A program made the position numbers and the translations under genes. A model generated the notes under the pieces. It was not told the origin of the DNA. It made no database searches and worked only from the letters and a program-made list of their open reading frames with translations. From Raillietiella orientalis (lineage: Eukaryota), in the NCBI GenBank assembly GCA_036172245.1, contig JAYWIR010000003.1:6324001-6388000 (forward strand): a stretch of 64,000 bases of DNA, given 5' to 3'. This document shows, piece by piece, positions 31,309-44,035 of this stretch. Every line of letters starts with the position of its first letter. Position 1 is the first letter of the stretch.

Positions 31309-31457
31309 TTATAATGGCCATGCTGGGGTCTGATCTCAGTGTGTATGTTTACCCTTACCCTTGCTGGCCATGTGAATCATATATGTTGGGACTTATGTCA
31401 GAAAATCCTATCTTATCAAAGATGTGACGATTCTTGTGATCATCAATATACATGGTC

Positions 31458-31463
31458 AATAAA
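31458..31463 (+). promoter_or_regulatory. Candidate polyadenylation signal of MTA
   Basis: AATAAA 150 nt after the stop codon, followed by a GT/T-rich (TTTTG)n tract at about 31509-31543. Confidence 0.45.
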
Positions 31464-31508
31464 AAAACTAAGGAATAATTCTTGCAAAGAGGTAGAATTA
31501 TCAAAGAG

Positions 31509-31540
<32 letters not shown>

Positions 31541-31781
31541 TTTATAAATCTTCACCAGTGTGCTAGTGTGCTTTGCTAGAAAAAAAATATATCATTACTG
31601 AAGGAAGATGATCAGTTTAAAAGTTTAAAATTTTGCATATAAATTTGTTTATTTCCTTTGTATTAACCCAAATACGAACGTGAATCAACATATTGTCAGT
31701 GATGTTTTTCAGATGTTGGTTTACTTCAAATGAATCACACCTCGAGTGAAACCAAAAAACACTGCTTTGGTATACCTTTGG

Positions 31782-31810
31782 GAGAGAGAGAGAGAGAGAG
31801 GGGGGGGGGG
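31782..31810. repeat. (GA)n followed by a G homopolymer at the boundary between the MTA island and the TE-rich block
   Basis: gagagagagagagagagag followed by a G-run. Confidence 0.85.
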
Positions 31811-34800
31811 AAACAAAACCAATCAATCATTCATGAAGTTTATCAGATACATAGTTTCGTGTCGTGGTAATCGAAACTCCTTCTCCTACTTACAGAGTCC
31901 TTGCGAATTTTTTTTTCCTTATTTTTTCCTTTTCATTGAGTATTGTGGGCATCGTTCACGATCTGTCAGCAGATCTGTGTGCGCGTATGTACAGAATGGA
32001 CAGCACGGCTTCGATTACTAGAAAAGCAATGCAAATGAAATGTTACGATATGCTTTCATCCACTTTTCATTTACGAACGTCTTCGTGTGGCGAGGCGCTT
32101 TTTCCGTGGTTTTCGAAAAGTGATGGTTCGTTTTGCTTCACGTAATGTAATGAAAAATCGGAGATGTGTTCTCCCGTGAGGGAAGGTCATCCCGGATTTC
32201 GAAGAGCAAAGCGAAACACTGATTTTTTGCGTTTGAAGTGTGTACGCGAGTGAGTCGGGGAAGTCCGCGGGTGAGTCGGGCGGAAAAAATCTCACAACCG
32301 ATATGATAATAATAATGTCAAAACGCAGAGCTCCTTCCGAGGACCTTTTGCGAGGATGAGGTCAAGTGCGTCCCAGCAACTTTCCGTTGACCACCTCTAC
32401 GAAACAGCCAACTCTCCAACTTCTATTTAAAGTGGAGCACAGCGCGTTTTGTGGAATGGTTCGGATTTTTTTTTTTTTTTTGAGTACTTTTCATCCATTC
32501 GAGGGTGCGCTAAGGAAAACATTCCTATATTGGCTGAAAGGTGCGTCGGACTGCGCATGAAGAATCGCATATGTAATATACAATTAAATGGAACCTTTGA
32601 ATGTTTTGGAATGGCAGCTGCGGACTCGGAATTCGAAGCAACTTTCCTTTTCTTTTTTTTTTTTTTTTTTTTTTTTTATAATCCCCCCCCCCTCCCCTTG
32701 CATCTCCGATGTCGCTGCATCCTTTTCTTTTTTCTTGTGGTAATCTGAAGCTGTAAAGCAACTTTTGTGTCGAAGATTGTAAAATTGCGTTTTCCTTGGT
32801 CCACCACCACCGTTTCGGGTTACGTTTTCCCCGATTTCCTGATGTACATCAGGGGGGGAGGGGGGAGGGTATTTCCACCTTCCACAATGCTGATTCTACG
32901 CTCTGCACGAGAAAGCTTCCGTCCTCTTCAAAATCCGTGCCGAGACGACGCTTCTCCTCTGTACTCGTGGGAGCGTTTCCAAAGGAACGCTTCTCCGTTG
33001 CTGCAGCAATCGCCCTCTTCAGCAGACCTCCGCTTCTGCCGCCCTTTTCGTTCTCCGTTCTTCCCCTTCTGATCTCATGCCATTCGTCGTGGTGAGGAAT
33101 GGTGGTTCTCCCTGCGGGTTGTGCTGCGGAGTGATTCCTTGCCCTTCTTCTATCCTTCCGGCCCAGCACGCCTCGGCCCTCACCGGTTCGAATGGTGATA
33201 CTTCTCGCATATTTCCAGTCGCCGTCCAGAGTGCTGCAAGGAAAAAGTGTGCATTTGCCACCATCTCTCGGCTCGTGGGGCAGTAGTGGTCCGCCGTGGT
33301 TTTTGAGGCCAGTGCAAGAGAGCCTCTGTCCACATGGTAATCCTCAGTGGCGGTGGAGGAGAAATACATTCTCTACTAACACGCCTGGAGGCAGTATCTG
33401 TTTCTCTCGATTGTGGTCCCGGCGGTTCTTGGGCATTATGTGAAGCTGGTGGCCTTTCCATTTTTCCAAGGCTTCCTAGTTGATGTTTTGCCAATAAAAT
33501 AATTTCTCAAAGTTCTGTTCGTCCATTTTTCTTCGTTTTTTTTTTTTTTTTTTTTTTTTCTCCCTCTCTCCCCCTCCCCCCTTCCCCCGTTCGCAGTTCC
33601 CCATTTTCTGTGGGTGGACTGCCCTCCCATTTTGAGGATGGAGCTCAGGATTATCCGATGCATGGATCCTCATAATGCTAATTGTACGGTGCCTCCTGTT
33701 TTCGTGGGTCTTGTCATTCTGCTATTTCCTTCGAGCCCATTTGTCCCGGACCATTTGTTTCCTCCTCCTTGCTTCTTAGGATTGCTCTTACAGGGTGTGT
33801 CCACACAGAATGTGTGTTTCCGTCGTAGCGTTCCTTGCCCCCCCCCCCCCATACATCAAAAATCTGAGGATTCGTGTAGGTGGTCAAGTGTCATTCGGCA
33901 GAAATCCAGTCGTTCCATTTGTAGAAGGCACGATTCGATGAAAGAAGGCGCTCGTGCTTTGTTCCTTCTCTGTTTGTTTGCATTTTGCTTTTGGAATTAC
34001 GCGACGGTGGCGGTATTTGGGAAGCTGTGGAATGAAAATTCAGAGCGATTTCGGAAAATAAGGAAGGAAGAGCTTTTCGAAGAAGGGATGTTCTTATGCC
34101 CATATTGTCCATCGCCGGTGTCTTTCTGGGTACGTACGTGGGAAGAATGCGCGTACTCTTTTTCGGTATCGATTTCGCCGTCCATTTTTTCATATTGCAA
34201 CCGAAAATTGGAAGAAAAAAAAAAAGGCCCAAAGGTTCACTTGTAGTCGAGTCTGCATAATTGCTTATTCGGTGTTCGTTTCCACGTTGGCAGGAACGTA
34301 GAGTTATAAATATTTTAGCAGTGGCTAAGGGCAAGGGCAGAAGAAAAAAAAATCGCAAAAAAAAAAAAAAAAAGGCCAAGAAAGAAAGAAAGAAAAAATG
34401 GGTTGAAGGTTTTTCCGCGTGTGACATGAAATTCATCTTCAAAGTATTTTCAGAGTCTCCCTCGACGCCTCCGAGCAGTGAATGCAAACGTTGTCAAACT
34501 GCCAGTTCTTTGCGGGCTGTTCTTCCTCGGCGCGGAACCAAAAGCACAGGTCGCTCCCGTCCGATTCAATCATTTTCGAAGCAGAAGAATACCCCCTCGG
34601 GCATTCCGGAACGACCACGAACAACAACAGCTTTTGTCTTTTGCTCGCGAGCGCGAATTGCTTGGTGCGAGGCAGCAGCCGGAAGGCTCAGTTTTCCGAC
34701 TTTGCCACCGAAAAAAACACAGCGAATTCTGTGGAATGGGGGGGGGGCACCAAATCATTTTAAACTTTTGCCTCCCCCCTCCCCCCCCCCCGACCTTGCG

Positions 34801-34899
34801 AACATTCCTGCTGTTTATTTATCGGGGAAGGGGGGGTAATCTGTGCGAGGATTAATGCACGCATCGAGTCGAAAGGTGAAGCTGTCTTTCGCAGGAAAA

Positions 34900-35100
34900 T
34901 TACCCCTCATTTCAGTACGATTTTGCAAAATCATTTTGCCATCGAAGGCTCTCAGAATCGGATAATCGCAAACGGAAATTCCTCTCTTCGGGATGAGCGC
35001 GTTCTTTCCAAGTTTGGTCACGCTGAAAGAAAGTGACCGTCGGCAGCTGCATGTCAGGGAATCCATTCCTCACCATCTTCTTCTGCGCGCTCCCTTGGGA
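34900..35100 (-). mobile_element. Decayed non-LTR RT fragment
   Basis: LIPKRGISVCDYPILRAFDGKMILQNR resembles LIPKKG..YRPISL..DYKI..NRL. Confidence 0.55.
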
Positions 35101-36759
35101 ACGATCTGCGAAGCGATGAATGCGATTCGTCTGTGTGCCCACTGCTTGGCAACTTTCTCGGGATCGAATCTTTTCCCCTGCCGCGTCTGCGGTGGAGTCT
35201 TCCGCACGTTTGAAGAAGAGGACGCCGCGTTTGGTTACGTAGCGACGTGCAGACTGACCACCTGGTGCGGTCGCAGCCGGCAGGCGACGTTTTGCGTCCC
35301 GCAGCTTGTCCGTTCTTCTCAAAGTAGAACTTTTCCGAACATTGGAAGCAAACCCATCCTTACCGCCAGTAAGCCTTTTCCCTGCAGCTGCGAAATCGCT
35401 TCGCCATGACATCCAATGGTGGACGCATCGACGGTGATTCTTCCATTAGAGGAATGCCTCCCAACAAAACATTTGCGCATTACCATTAGGCTGCCGAGGC
35501 TGCCAAAATTTACTGCACTCTTTCCGGAATGCGTGCTCACTGGCGGAAAGAGTGGTCAGAAGAAAGCACGGACTTTTTTTTTTTTGATACGGACGCTGGC
35601 CAGCCGACACGGCCTCCTCATCGGGACGCAAGTCGTCGAATTTCCTTTATTTCGTCAATCCGTGCGACCTGTCACCGCTTCGCTACAGGGCAACGCTCTC
35701 GACTTGGGAGGCACAGCGTGGCTGTCGGAGGTCTTTCCGAGTCGAAGCAATCGATCGAACGTTTCGACATTCGCGAAGGACCCACGCTGAATCTCTCTTT
35801 GCTGTGTCGGACCTCAGAATGGAATTGTTTCTGGCAGGGGAGCACCAAACGTGCATAAAGGGGTTTGTCACCAAGAGAAAGAAGAATTCGGAACCCCATG
35901 CATGGCCTGAACAGGGAACAAGAGCGCGCCTTCCGGTGGTACTGGAAAGGAAAATTTCGAAATGATCAGGAAAAGACGATTCGCCCTGTCCTTCCGGTCC
36001 CTGCCTCCTCACTAGATGAAATGGATGCAATGTCGCGTCTGACTATTTCGCAGGATGATGACCGTACCCCCCATCCAAAGACAGAACGTGATGAAAGATG
36101 GCGGATAGGTGGAATGCTTGTAAAGGAGTCCAACACAGAGTTGCATTCCTTTCTTTTTTTGGCTTTCTTCGCAAATTACACTTTTGTAAGTCCGCGAACG
36201 TTCAGCTGCAAAGCAATTTGAAATTCATGAATTCTCGTTGCAATAAGCACTGTAAATGGCCGTCTACCTATTGGCAGCGTAGATAGGAAGAACATTTCAT
36301 AAACCGAAGTCACCTCGGAAGCTGCCGACTTGAAAAGCACTTCGATTGCGTTTCCGAAGGATCAAAACACCCAGAATAAATCGGGATGCAACCCCATGTC
36401 AGCAGTGCCATGAAAATAGGTTGCATAATGAACTTTCCTTGGTGCCAACTGAGCATGGAATTGATGATGCACTTGCACAATCAAAATGTCAGTTATGGAC
36501 ATGATGTGCAGCAGCCACTCTGGCACATAGAAAAGACGCATTCTGTGTTGCAAAAAACAACTTCCGCTTGAAATTCGATTCAAAGGAGGCTAAAAAATGC
36601 CAAAATTCGTGCCAGCCCGTTTTGAAATCGAACTCGAGGAAACCTCTTATAAGCAAAACCTTGAACGACTGGGTGTTTCTCGTAAATGCAACTCTTCAAC
36701 TGCATAAATTGTGTTTGCCCGCAAACAGACCGAAGGCCAAAAGGTCGGCATAGCTTCCG

Positions 36760-37052
36760 CGCACCAGTGCTCCCTTTGAGTGGTTCGTACACGTCTACCA
36801 GGAAAAGGTAAGCACCTCCAAACCAGGACACGCAGACCATGGTGAACCGGCCTTCTCGACGTCTCCAGAACCGTTGCGTGACAACTGGTTTTCTTTCCTC
36901 TTTGTGTCCTCGGCTTGGGTCTTTGGCAACAGTTGGGTGTTGGTGGTCTTCGCAGCTCCAATCCGATGTTCCGCCAAGTCATGCATTTCCTGCAGGCAGA
37001 CGATGTGACCGTTCACATTCTGAATGTGTTCAGCCCACTTGAGTATATCCAA
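36760..37052 (-). mobile_element. APE-type endonuclease N-terminal fragment of a non-LTR element
   Basis: HIVCLQEMH matches the DIxCLQETH motif. After a frameshift, EGRFTMVCVSWFGGAYLFLVDVYEP matches the GR...NVYAP motif. Confidence 0.75.
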
Positions 37053-37066
37053 CGGATTGAATAATA

Positions 37067-38360
37067 GTGCCAGTCTTTCGACCGAGAGTCCGCCTCAAGC
37101 CACTGTGTCGTCCTAAGGAGGAAGGCGGTACCGGGATGAAGTCGCTTGCACACGCTGTGGACACCGTGAACGTGCGAAAACTGCTGGACATGTCGGAAAA
37201 CTGGGAAGACTGGCCGTATGCAGCGCACAGGGCTTACCCGTTGTTGATAAATAGCGCGAGAGGACTGATGACTGCGCTGCTCGGCCGAGTGGGTAAATGG
37301 AGGACCATCGACTCAACCTGGAGACGAAAGCAACAGCCGGCACACAAGCACCAGCTGAAGATCATACCAAGGAACAAGGAACTCTGGCAGGAGGAATCCA
37401 TCCTAGTGATCCCGTGGATGCTCCCGGCACCTCCGGATACGGAGAATACTGGATCCACCGGCGGTCCAGGGTTACCTTGCAAGCAGCTGAAGCATGGAGA
37501 CGAGGAGAGTACCTTCACCACTCCTGAGTACTCCGATGCATTGACAGGATAGCTGGAAGATTCACCTTCCGCGAAGCGTGGGAAAACCACAACACAACTC
37601 CGTGTGGTCCAGGGTAACAAAGAGAAACCTATGCCGACCAATGGTCGAAGAGGACCAAGACACCAGTGCCCTCCAAGAAGCCGCCGATCGCCACGGGAGT
37701 GCTGGGATAAACCTGTTGGCGATCGGAACGACGCTCTGGAAGAGTGACTTGTCACTGGATTCACAGGATAACCCCCTGATGTTTTATCCTGGAGGAATCC
37801 TGTGCGGGACGTCCATGAAGCGATTCACGGGAAGAAGAGAAGATGAGGCCTGCAAAGCATGTGGAGACAAGGATACACGTCCCACTATGCAACAAGAGTG
37901 GCACCCCCTCAAAAGGGCTATCGGACTGCCCACCACATCGACCATGGGAATTTTAGCAAGCGTGTTCCAAGGAAATGGGAACGTTCCCTGTTACAATCCC
38001 ATGGTAAGGACGACCATCGCCCTCTTCATCACCGCCATCCATGTGCGGTGGTGGAAGATGAAGACCACCAGCACCGCCGTATCTCCGATGGAAATCCCGA
38101 AAGGGCTTATCCAGAAGGAGATCGGCATAAGAAACTGTGGAAGAGTACAGGCCTGGAACTACCGACATATCCTGAGAAGGACCGAGGACGACGTCCAGGC
38201 ATGAACGACGCCCAGCTCCCCAAGTGTAGTGAACCCCAGCGATGATCCCACGAAGCAGACTTCCAGGTGACGTAAGTGGAATGATTGGAGAAAACGAATG
38301 CATGAATATGTAGAGTGAATGATAAAAGAAAATAAATTCACCCCACCCCTTGTGGGACTT
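37067..38360 (+). mobile_element. L1/Tx1-like ORF2 C-terminal remnant (post-RT region to 3' UTR), frame-broken
   Basis: Motif LCRPKEEGGTG (L1/Tx1 'PKxxGGLG' box); partial knuckle ACKACGDKDT; C-terminal IHVRWWK; ends with AATAAA followed by a CCCAC/GTGGG hairpin near 38331-38356. Confidence 0.75.
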
Positions 38361-39699
38361 TCTATCTTTAAACTAGTGCCTATCTTTCCATCTCTCTCCG
38401 GTTTCTGAAACAGAAGAGCTTTTTTCCAAGTCTAAAAGAAAAGTTAGAAAGATACGAATAGAAAACTTGCGCTGAAAATGTCTGTAAGAGATTGTCCGTG
38501 TCATGGAGACCCCGGCCTGGGAAACCTAACGGTTGATGCAAGCGAATAAGATGTACTGAAATTCCAAGAATCGAAGTTTCCAGACTTGAAAAACTTGCAA
38601 TTTCTGGGGTCGCCATTTGTTCTCCGAGTCTCGAGGTCAGTTTCATTTCGATTATGGCAACTCGGTCATCGGCTGGGATGTTTTGTTTTTTTTTTGGTTT
38701 CTCCTTTCAAACGTAACGTGAAGTGGGTGCTCCACCTTGGCTACTGTTCATTCACGTGTGCACGAGAACAGTGAAAGTGAATGAACACAGTCCAGGAGAT
38801 GGGTGCTGCCTGCATAGGTCTGAACGAACGTGGTCGGAATGCAAAATGCAGCAGTCTTTGCGAGAGCACCTCTGCTCTTCGCCTTTCCCCAACCACCAAA
38901 TCCAATTCTCGACATGCGCGCAGATCTACGAAAAGTTTATGAATTCGCCGTGGGTTACTCGAAGTGGGTGTGGCCTCAACACTCCATCCTTGCCGTTTCT
39001 CGCGGTCCCCGCGAGAATACGCTTTCCGTTCACGGAAACAATTTCCCGCCCGCTTACTGTGGAATGAAACGGATAAACTATACCAAGGCTTCTTGACTTT
39101 GTAATAGTAAGTTCCCTTTGTTCCATTCGATTCTGAGATGTTCTGTTGAAAAATACCACTTGATGGACACGGAGGAGCTAAACTGTCAGGTGACGGCCGT
39201 AAATTTTGGGGTAGGGGATGGGGACGCACATTCGAAAGCGGAAATTGAGAAACTAGAATTTCAAAATGGCGGTTTCCTTTTTCTATGACAGTCAAACTTT
39301 GCTTTGAAAAATCATTCAGATACTCTGCTACTTTTGGGGGACTTGCAAGAAGAGAACGCTTCAGTCAGCTCTTCTTACCACGCAGAAGTAGAAAAGAAAT
39401 CGGAGTGCAGATGGCAATCCCTTAATCTAAAGCCAGGAACCGGAGGACCAACCGCCCAAGGCAAAGGGGATGTCAGATGGACGGCACTTCACACAGCACA
39501 CGTGCTTTTTTCCAGGTCGCCGTCCATTCTTTCCTTCCTCGCTCTTACTACGAACAGCAGGGGGTCGGGTGGGACGTGACCTTTTCTGCATGGACACAAC
39601 CGCCGCGTGCTTTCCCGGGAAAGGCCGCTTCGCAGGAAGTGTTCCCCAAAGACGGAACGGCTCCACCGTTTTCCTCGGACCTGGACCTCCCTCGCCAGG

Positions 39700-40105
39700 A
39701 AAATTCGCTGTCGGTCCGACAGCGCCTCGGACCCGCCGTTACGTCCGATTCCCACTGCAGGAAGGAGCGAACCGCTGCTGCATTCGAGTTTCCCTCTCCG
39801 CCGTCCAATTCCTGAGGAGGGCGTCGCGATGGCCCCACCTGGATCCAGGAATGCAGAAAGAGCTTGCCGGCATCCTGCGAAGGATGCAACGGCCCCGCCG
39901 GCTACAGGGATCCCTTCCCGTACCCTCCCACTTTTTGTTTCCTCCCTTCCCCCTGCTGCCGTGGGGGAGCGTGCCGGGTCTGCGAACCGGTGACCCGGCG
40001 GGCTCCGTGTTCCTTCGTGCGTGGCTGGAGCACCGGTCCGGCCGCTGCACGTCTTTGTCGAAGTTTGTTTTCATAATAAACGCACCGGCGGAGCCCGGGG
40101 TGAAC
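39700..40105 (+). mobile_element. Diverged 3' end of a related non-LTR element (copy C); 5' boundary approximate
   Basis: Peptide CCIR..QFLR..RWPHLDPGMQKEL resembles CCIR..AFLR..RWPHLPEDVRKEI of copy B. Ends AATAAACGCACCGG..CCCGGGGTG (40075-40102). Confidence 0.7.
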
Positions 40106-41213
40106 ATCCGAGTTTTGCTCTCCGTGACGATTACGCCGTCACTTTCGCTCTTTGCTTGCCGATCAATGGCAACGTACGTACGGAGATGTTCGGAACGACA
40201 CGCTCTTACGTTGAAAATGGGTTTTGCTTCGCAAAATAAATCGCACGAGCGCAGCAAAGTGTTTCCCCGGGCGGGAAAAAAAAGGCACCTCCGGTTCGGC
40301 TCCGGCTCCACGTGTTTCGAAAACACGGTGTTCCCAACGAACTCCCACCCACGTGAGAATCAGCTGTCTCAGTCGGGCGGTGGGGAACGCTCAGAGATGT
40401 TCGAACTTCCATTGGCAACAGCTTCTGCATGCAGGAAGCTTTCCGGAAACGCATTCCGATGTTCCAAACCTGAGACTTAAATTGATGAAATTCCTTTTCC
40501 GAGGATACTCTGTAACAAGTCGGCAATGGAAAGAAAACGCTTACCTGGTATACCGTATACGTCAGTGTACAAACCGAAGAACGAACCGAAAAAATTTCGT
40601 TCGAGTCGGATGAACAGATTGCTGGAAATGGAAAGAACGCAGTTCGTGTGCAGAACCGCTGTGGTCCTGCAATTCCTCCGGATGCCCGGTAGGCATCGAG
40701 AAGACGCCGTTCCAGATTTCCAGTTTTCCTTGGGAGTTGGCACGGAGGAATTCAAAAAAGTACATCGATACAATCGCCTATTTGATGCCATTCGATAAAA
40801 AATGCACCGTGCCAATGCACACAAACCAAACCATAGCATCCAACTTTTGCATTTCAGGTTTCAGGCACAAACAGTCAATCCTCCATAGAAGGTACGGACT
40901 GTTGAAAGTCCAGTTAATGGGCTAGTTTTATTAAAAAGGCTTGAAAAGCTTACAAATTTGTTAAATTGTATTCAAATGAAACTGACCAACAGCAACTTTG
41001 GGAATAAATTTTCAAACATTCGCCGCCGCATAACAGAATAATAAATATGGTATTTCCACAGTTATAATTTACCAAGATACTTGGGATGGAAAAACATAAT
41101 GGCAGCTGATGTATAATGGGAAGCAACTCTTGACCGAGTAATTTATATCACAGTAAACATTTTCATTCAGTATTTTTGGACTACATATGTTTCGGAACTA
41201 CGAAGCAGTTTCA

Positions 41214-42767
41214 CTATAGTCTTACTTCTGTGAAGTTGCAGTGGGAGGTAGCATCTGCATGCTTATGAGCTTCCAACTGTCCTAGTAATTTGGCACCACA
41301 TACAGTACACATGAGAGCAAATTGACTTGTGTTTGTAAATTGTCCAGTGCACCTGGCTTCCTCTCCAATCTGCTGGGCTTGTATTAGCACACCATCATCA
41401 TATACAGAAAATATGGTCTGTATCTCCCCAGAAGGCTGGAAAATTTAAAGTCAATCAAGGGAGCATTATTTTATAACTGCTCACGCATTTCCAATTCATG
41501 ATCCACACTATGAATCAAATTCATTTCCAGTTTTATCATCCAATCAAAAACGACTGTGCACAGTGCGATGAAGCTCAAGGTTAAAATCAGGTTAAAATTT
41601 ACAAATAAATAGAAGCATACTACTTTATTCAGAAATGGAATGGATTAAATTCCGTACCATTACAAAACGCACACTCTATTAAAGCTTTCAGTTATCAATA
41701 ATGAGTGAACAGTAACATTTTCAGAATACAATCACATCTTACTCACCTCATATAATTCCAAGTACAGAGGATCATAGTGAATTCCATCATAAATTAGGAA
41801 CATTTGATGCTCGTATTTTTTGTCTTCGCCAAATTTATTTAATACTGCATTTTGTATGTCAACAACACAAATCTGGATTTTACAATATCCACTCAAAATG
41901 GAGAGTTCAATCGCTCCACCCCATGAGCTGTCTTTCTGTATCCATGCTGCATAATCTTCACCACTTTTACCTAATAAGGCATCATTGTATATCTCGGGAG
42001 ACGAAAGAATCGAATTGGAAACAATTTGTCGCAACTTCTTTGCTGTAGGTGTAAGCACTCCTGTGAATGACGACAAGTTGAACGGGTAAATTCAAGTGAG
42101 CACGAAGTCAGATGCAAGTTAGGCTTTAAAATTGGTTAATTATAATTACTTCCTGACGATTTGGAATTACTCCAATAATTATAAGCATCCAACAGATATT
42201 ATTAATAAGTATAACAGGAGGAATGATTCCATTTATAGTTATCGTTATCTCATTTTACAGGGCAAAATTTATATCGGGAAAAACAAGAAAAACACCAATA
42301 CAACAATCATTAATTATGAAAATAATTACCAGCAAACCTCTTACAGTTCTATGTAAACAAATTATGAGTGCATAAATACCTGTTACACAAAAGTGAATAC
42401 TGTTAAATAGGCACGAATTATCAGCAGGAACAACTTTTCTCATGAGAATTCCGTCCGACTGAGCACTCACGGGATTATTAGCAAGTCTCGATAAAGTAAC
42501 GTCAAACTGGTCTTTTGGAATCGATTCCAACTGCCTTTTACGAACTGTGATGGCATCACCACTTCTTATCTGGCAATCCAGCAATAGTTTGTTCGGTTTC
42601 GTTACATCAACAATTTTCGGTGGGAATCCTATCCTCAACTCTAACGCAGATAACGCAATTCCCGTTAACTTTTCGATTTCTTTCAACAAATCTTTAATTG
42701 AAGCTGAATCATTCACAACAAGCTCATATTCTCCACTCTCACTTTTGATTTTAAGGTGGATATCCAT
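41214..42767 (-). CDS. YOD1: Ubiquitin thioesterase OTU1/YOD1 (ubiquitin-like domain, OTU domain, C-terminal zinc finger), 3 exons: 42767-42380, 42060-41747, 41435-41214; 307 aa
   Basis: N-terminal ubiquitin-like region (LRIGFPPK..IRSGDAITV); catalytic Cys box VVPADNSCLF; WGGAIELSILS; His box YDGIHYDPL; terminal CTVC..H..H finger ending HCNFTEVRL*. GT..AG introns of 319 and 311 nt; 924 nt in frame. Confidence 0.95.
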
Positions 42768-43064
42768 TTAACGAAAACGATTTCTCATTTCATGCACACC
42801 ATTTTCTCACAGAGAATACATCGCCTCCTTCCGGAGCATCCGCCCACTAATCAGAAGTGTCAGATCTGCGCAGCAAACTTCTTTATCCGTACGGAATCGT
42901 CTTCGTCTTCTTTCGGCCCAGCGTTCGTAGCAACAGATCTGTCCAAAACGTGTGCTCCCACTTGCCCCGTTGCATTTCGAAGCTTCGGTGATAACCAGAG
43001 AATTCAGTCCTTAAATTAAAAATGCATACCTTACAACAGAACTGCGGCGCAGTGTGTAATCGGT

Positions 43065-43272
43065 ACGTGTACACATACACGTACACATGCGCACGCATAC
43101 ATATGCGTAAACTCTTTATATATGCGTGTATATTTATACATACTCATATAGGTACATACTATATAAATAAGTATGCATATTATATATAAGCTTATGTTTG
43201 TATAATAATATATACGTACGTATTTATATATTCATATATATGTGTAAATGTATAAGTAAGTATATATAGGTA
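43065..43272. repeat. Degenerate (TA/CA)n purine-pyrimidine alternating microsatellite upstream of YOD1
   Basis: Visible run of TATA/CATA/CGTA units. Confidence 0.85.
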
Positions 43273-43849
43273 CGCTCTCTCACTAAGTAGCTAGAGGATA
43301 AGCGCGCCTCTTAAGCTCCTTATCACTTTTCAATGCATTTGATAGTTGTTTCCAAAGGACAAGTTTACAATTTTGATAAAAATTAAGGATATGTAACGTT
43401 TATGTATTTAGTATATGTTTTCTCTTACTAAGTAGCTAGAGTTTTCGAATAAATAAATGGACTCTTTGCTTGCCTTGGTATGTGCCATTGCAAAAGGAAA
43501 ATAAATTTTACAACTGAAAGAAAGTATTAATAATCAGCCTTTTCCTTACATCGTTTGCATAGATACTGGAAATCATATTATGTACCATATAAAAACACAT
43601 TACAACTATAACAGCCAAATAAATACATGTTAGCCTTAATTAGTCTAAAATTTATTTCCCATTCTTGAAAACACCAGAGAAATTTTCAAAAATGAGCGTT
43701 AGAAAGGAGTGATTGTTTTAAATTGACATAGCATTTGCTTGTCATTGAGTTCCATTAATATTTCTGATATCCTTCCTAATGTCTCATTTCTTTTTTATTT
43801 AAGAATACGTATTTTGCATTAACACTTATTTTGAATATATAACTTTCAT

Positions 43850-44035
43850 ATTCATACGTATGTAAGTATATATAAATACATAATTATATGTTATATATGA
43901 ATATACACTTATATATTCTATATAAATATATACTTATATGTATAATTAGTTATATGGTATGCATATATGAGCATGTATAAGTATATATAAATATATATGT
44001 AAATAATTTTATGTATATAAGTTTATATATATAAA
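43850..44035. repeat. Degenerate (TA)n microsatellite
   Basis: Visible TA-rich low-complexity tract. Confidence 0.85.

Noticed and set aside
33436..34855. Overlapping 190-210-aa ORFs with poly-K/F/P
   Set aside because: Products of homopolymer tracts and low complexity; no family motif or exon structure.
39470..40480. 336-aa ORF as a host gene
   Set aside because: GC-rich read-through across a LINE 3' end and its UTR; no domain outside the LINE-like tail.
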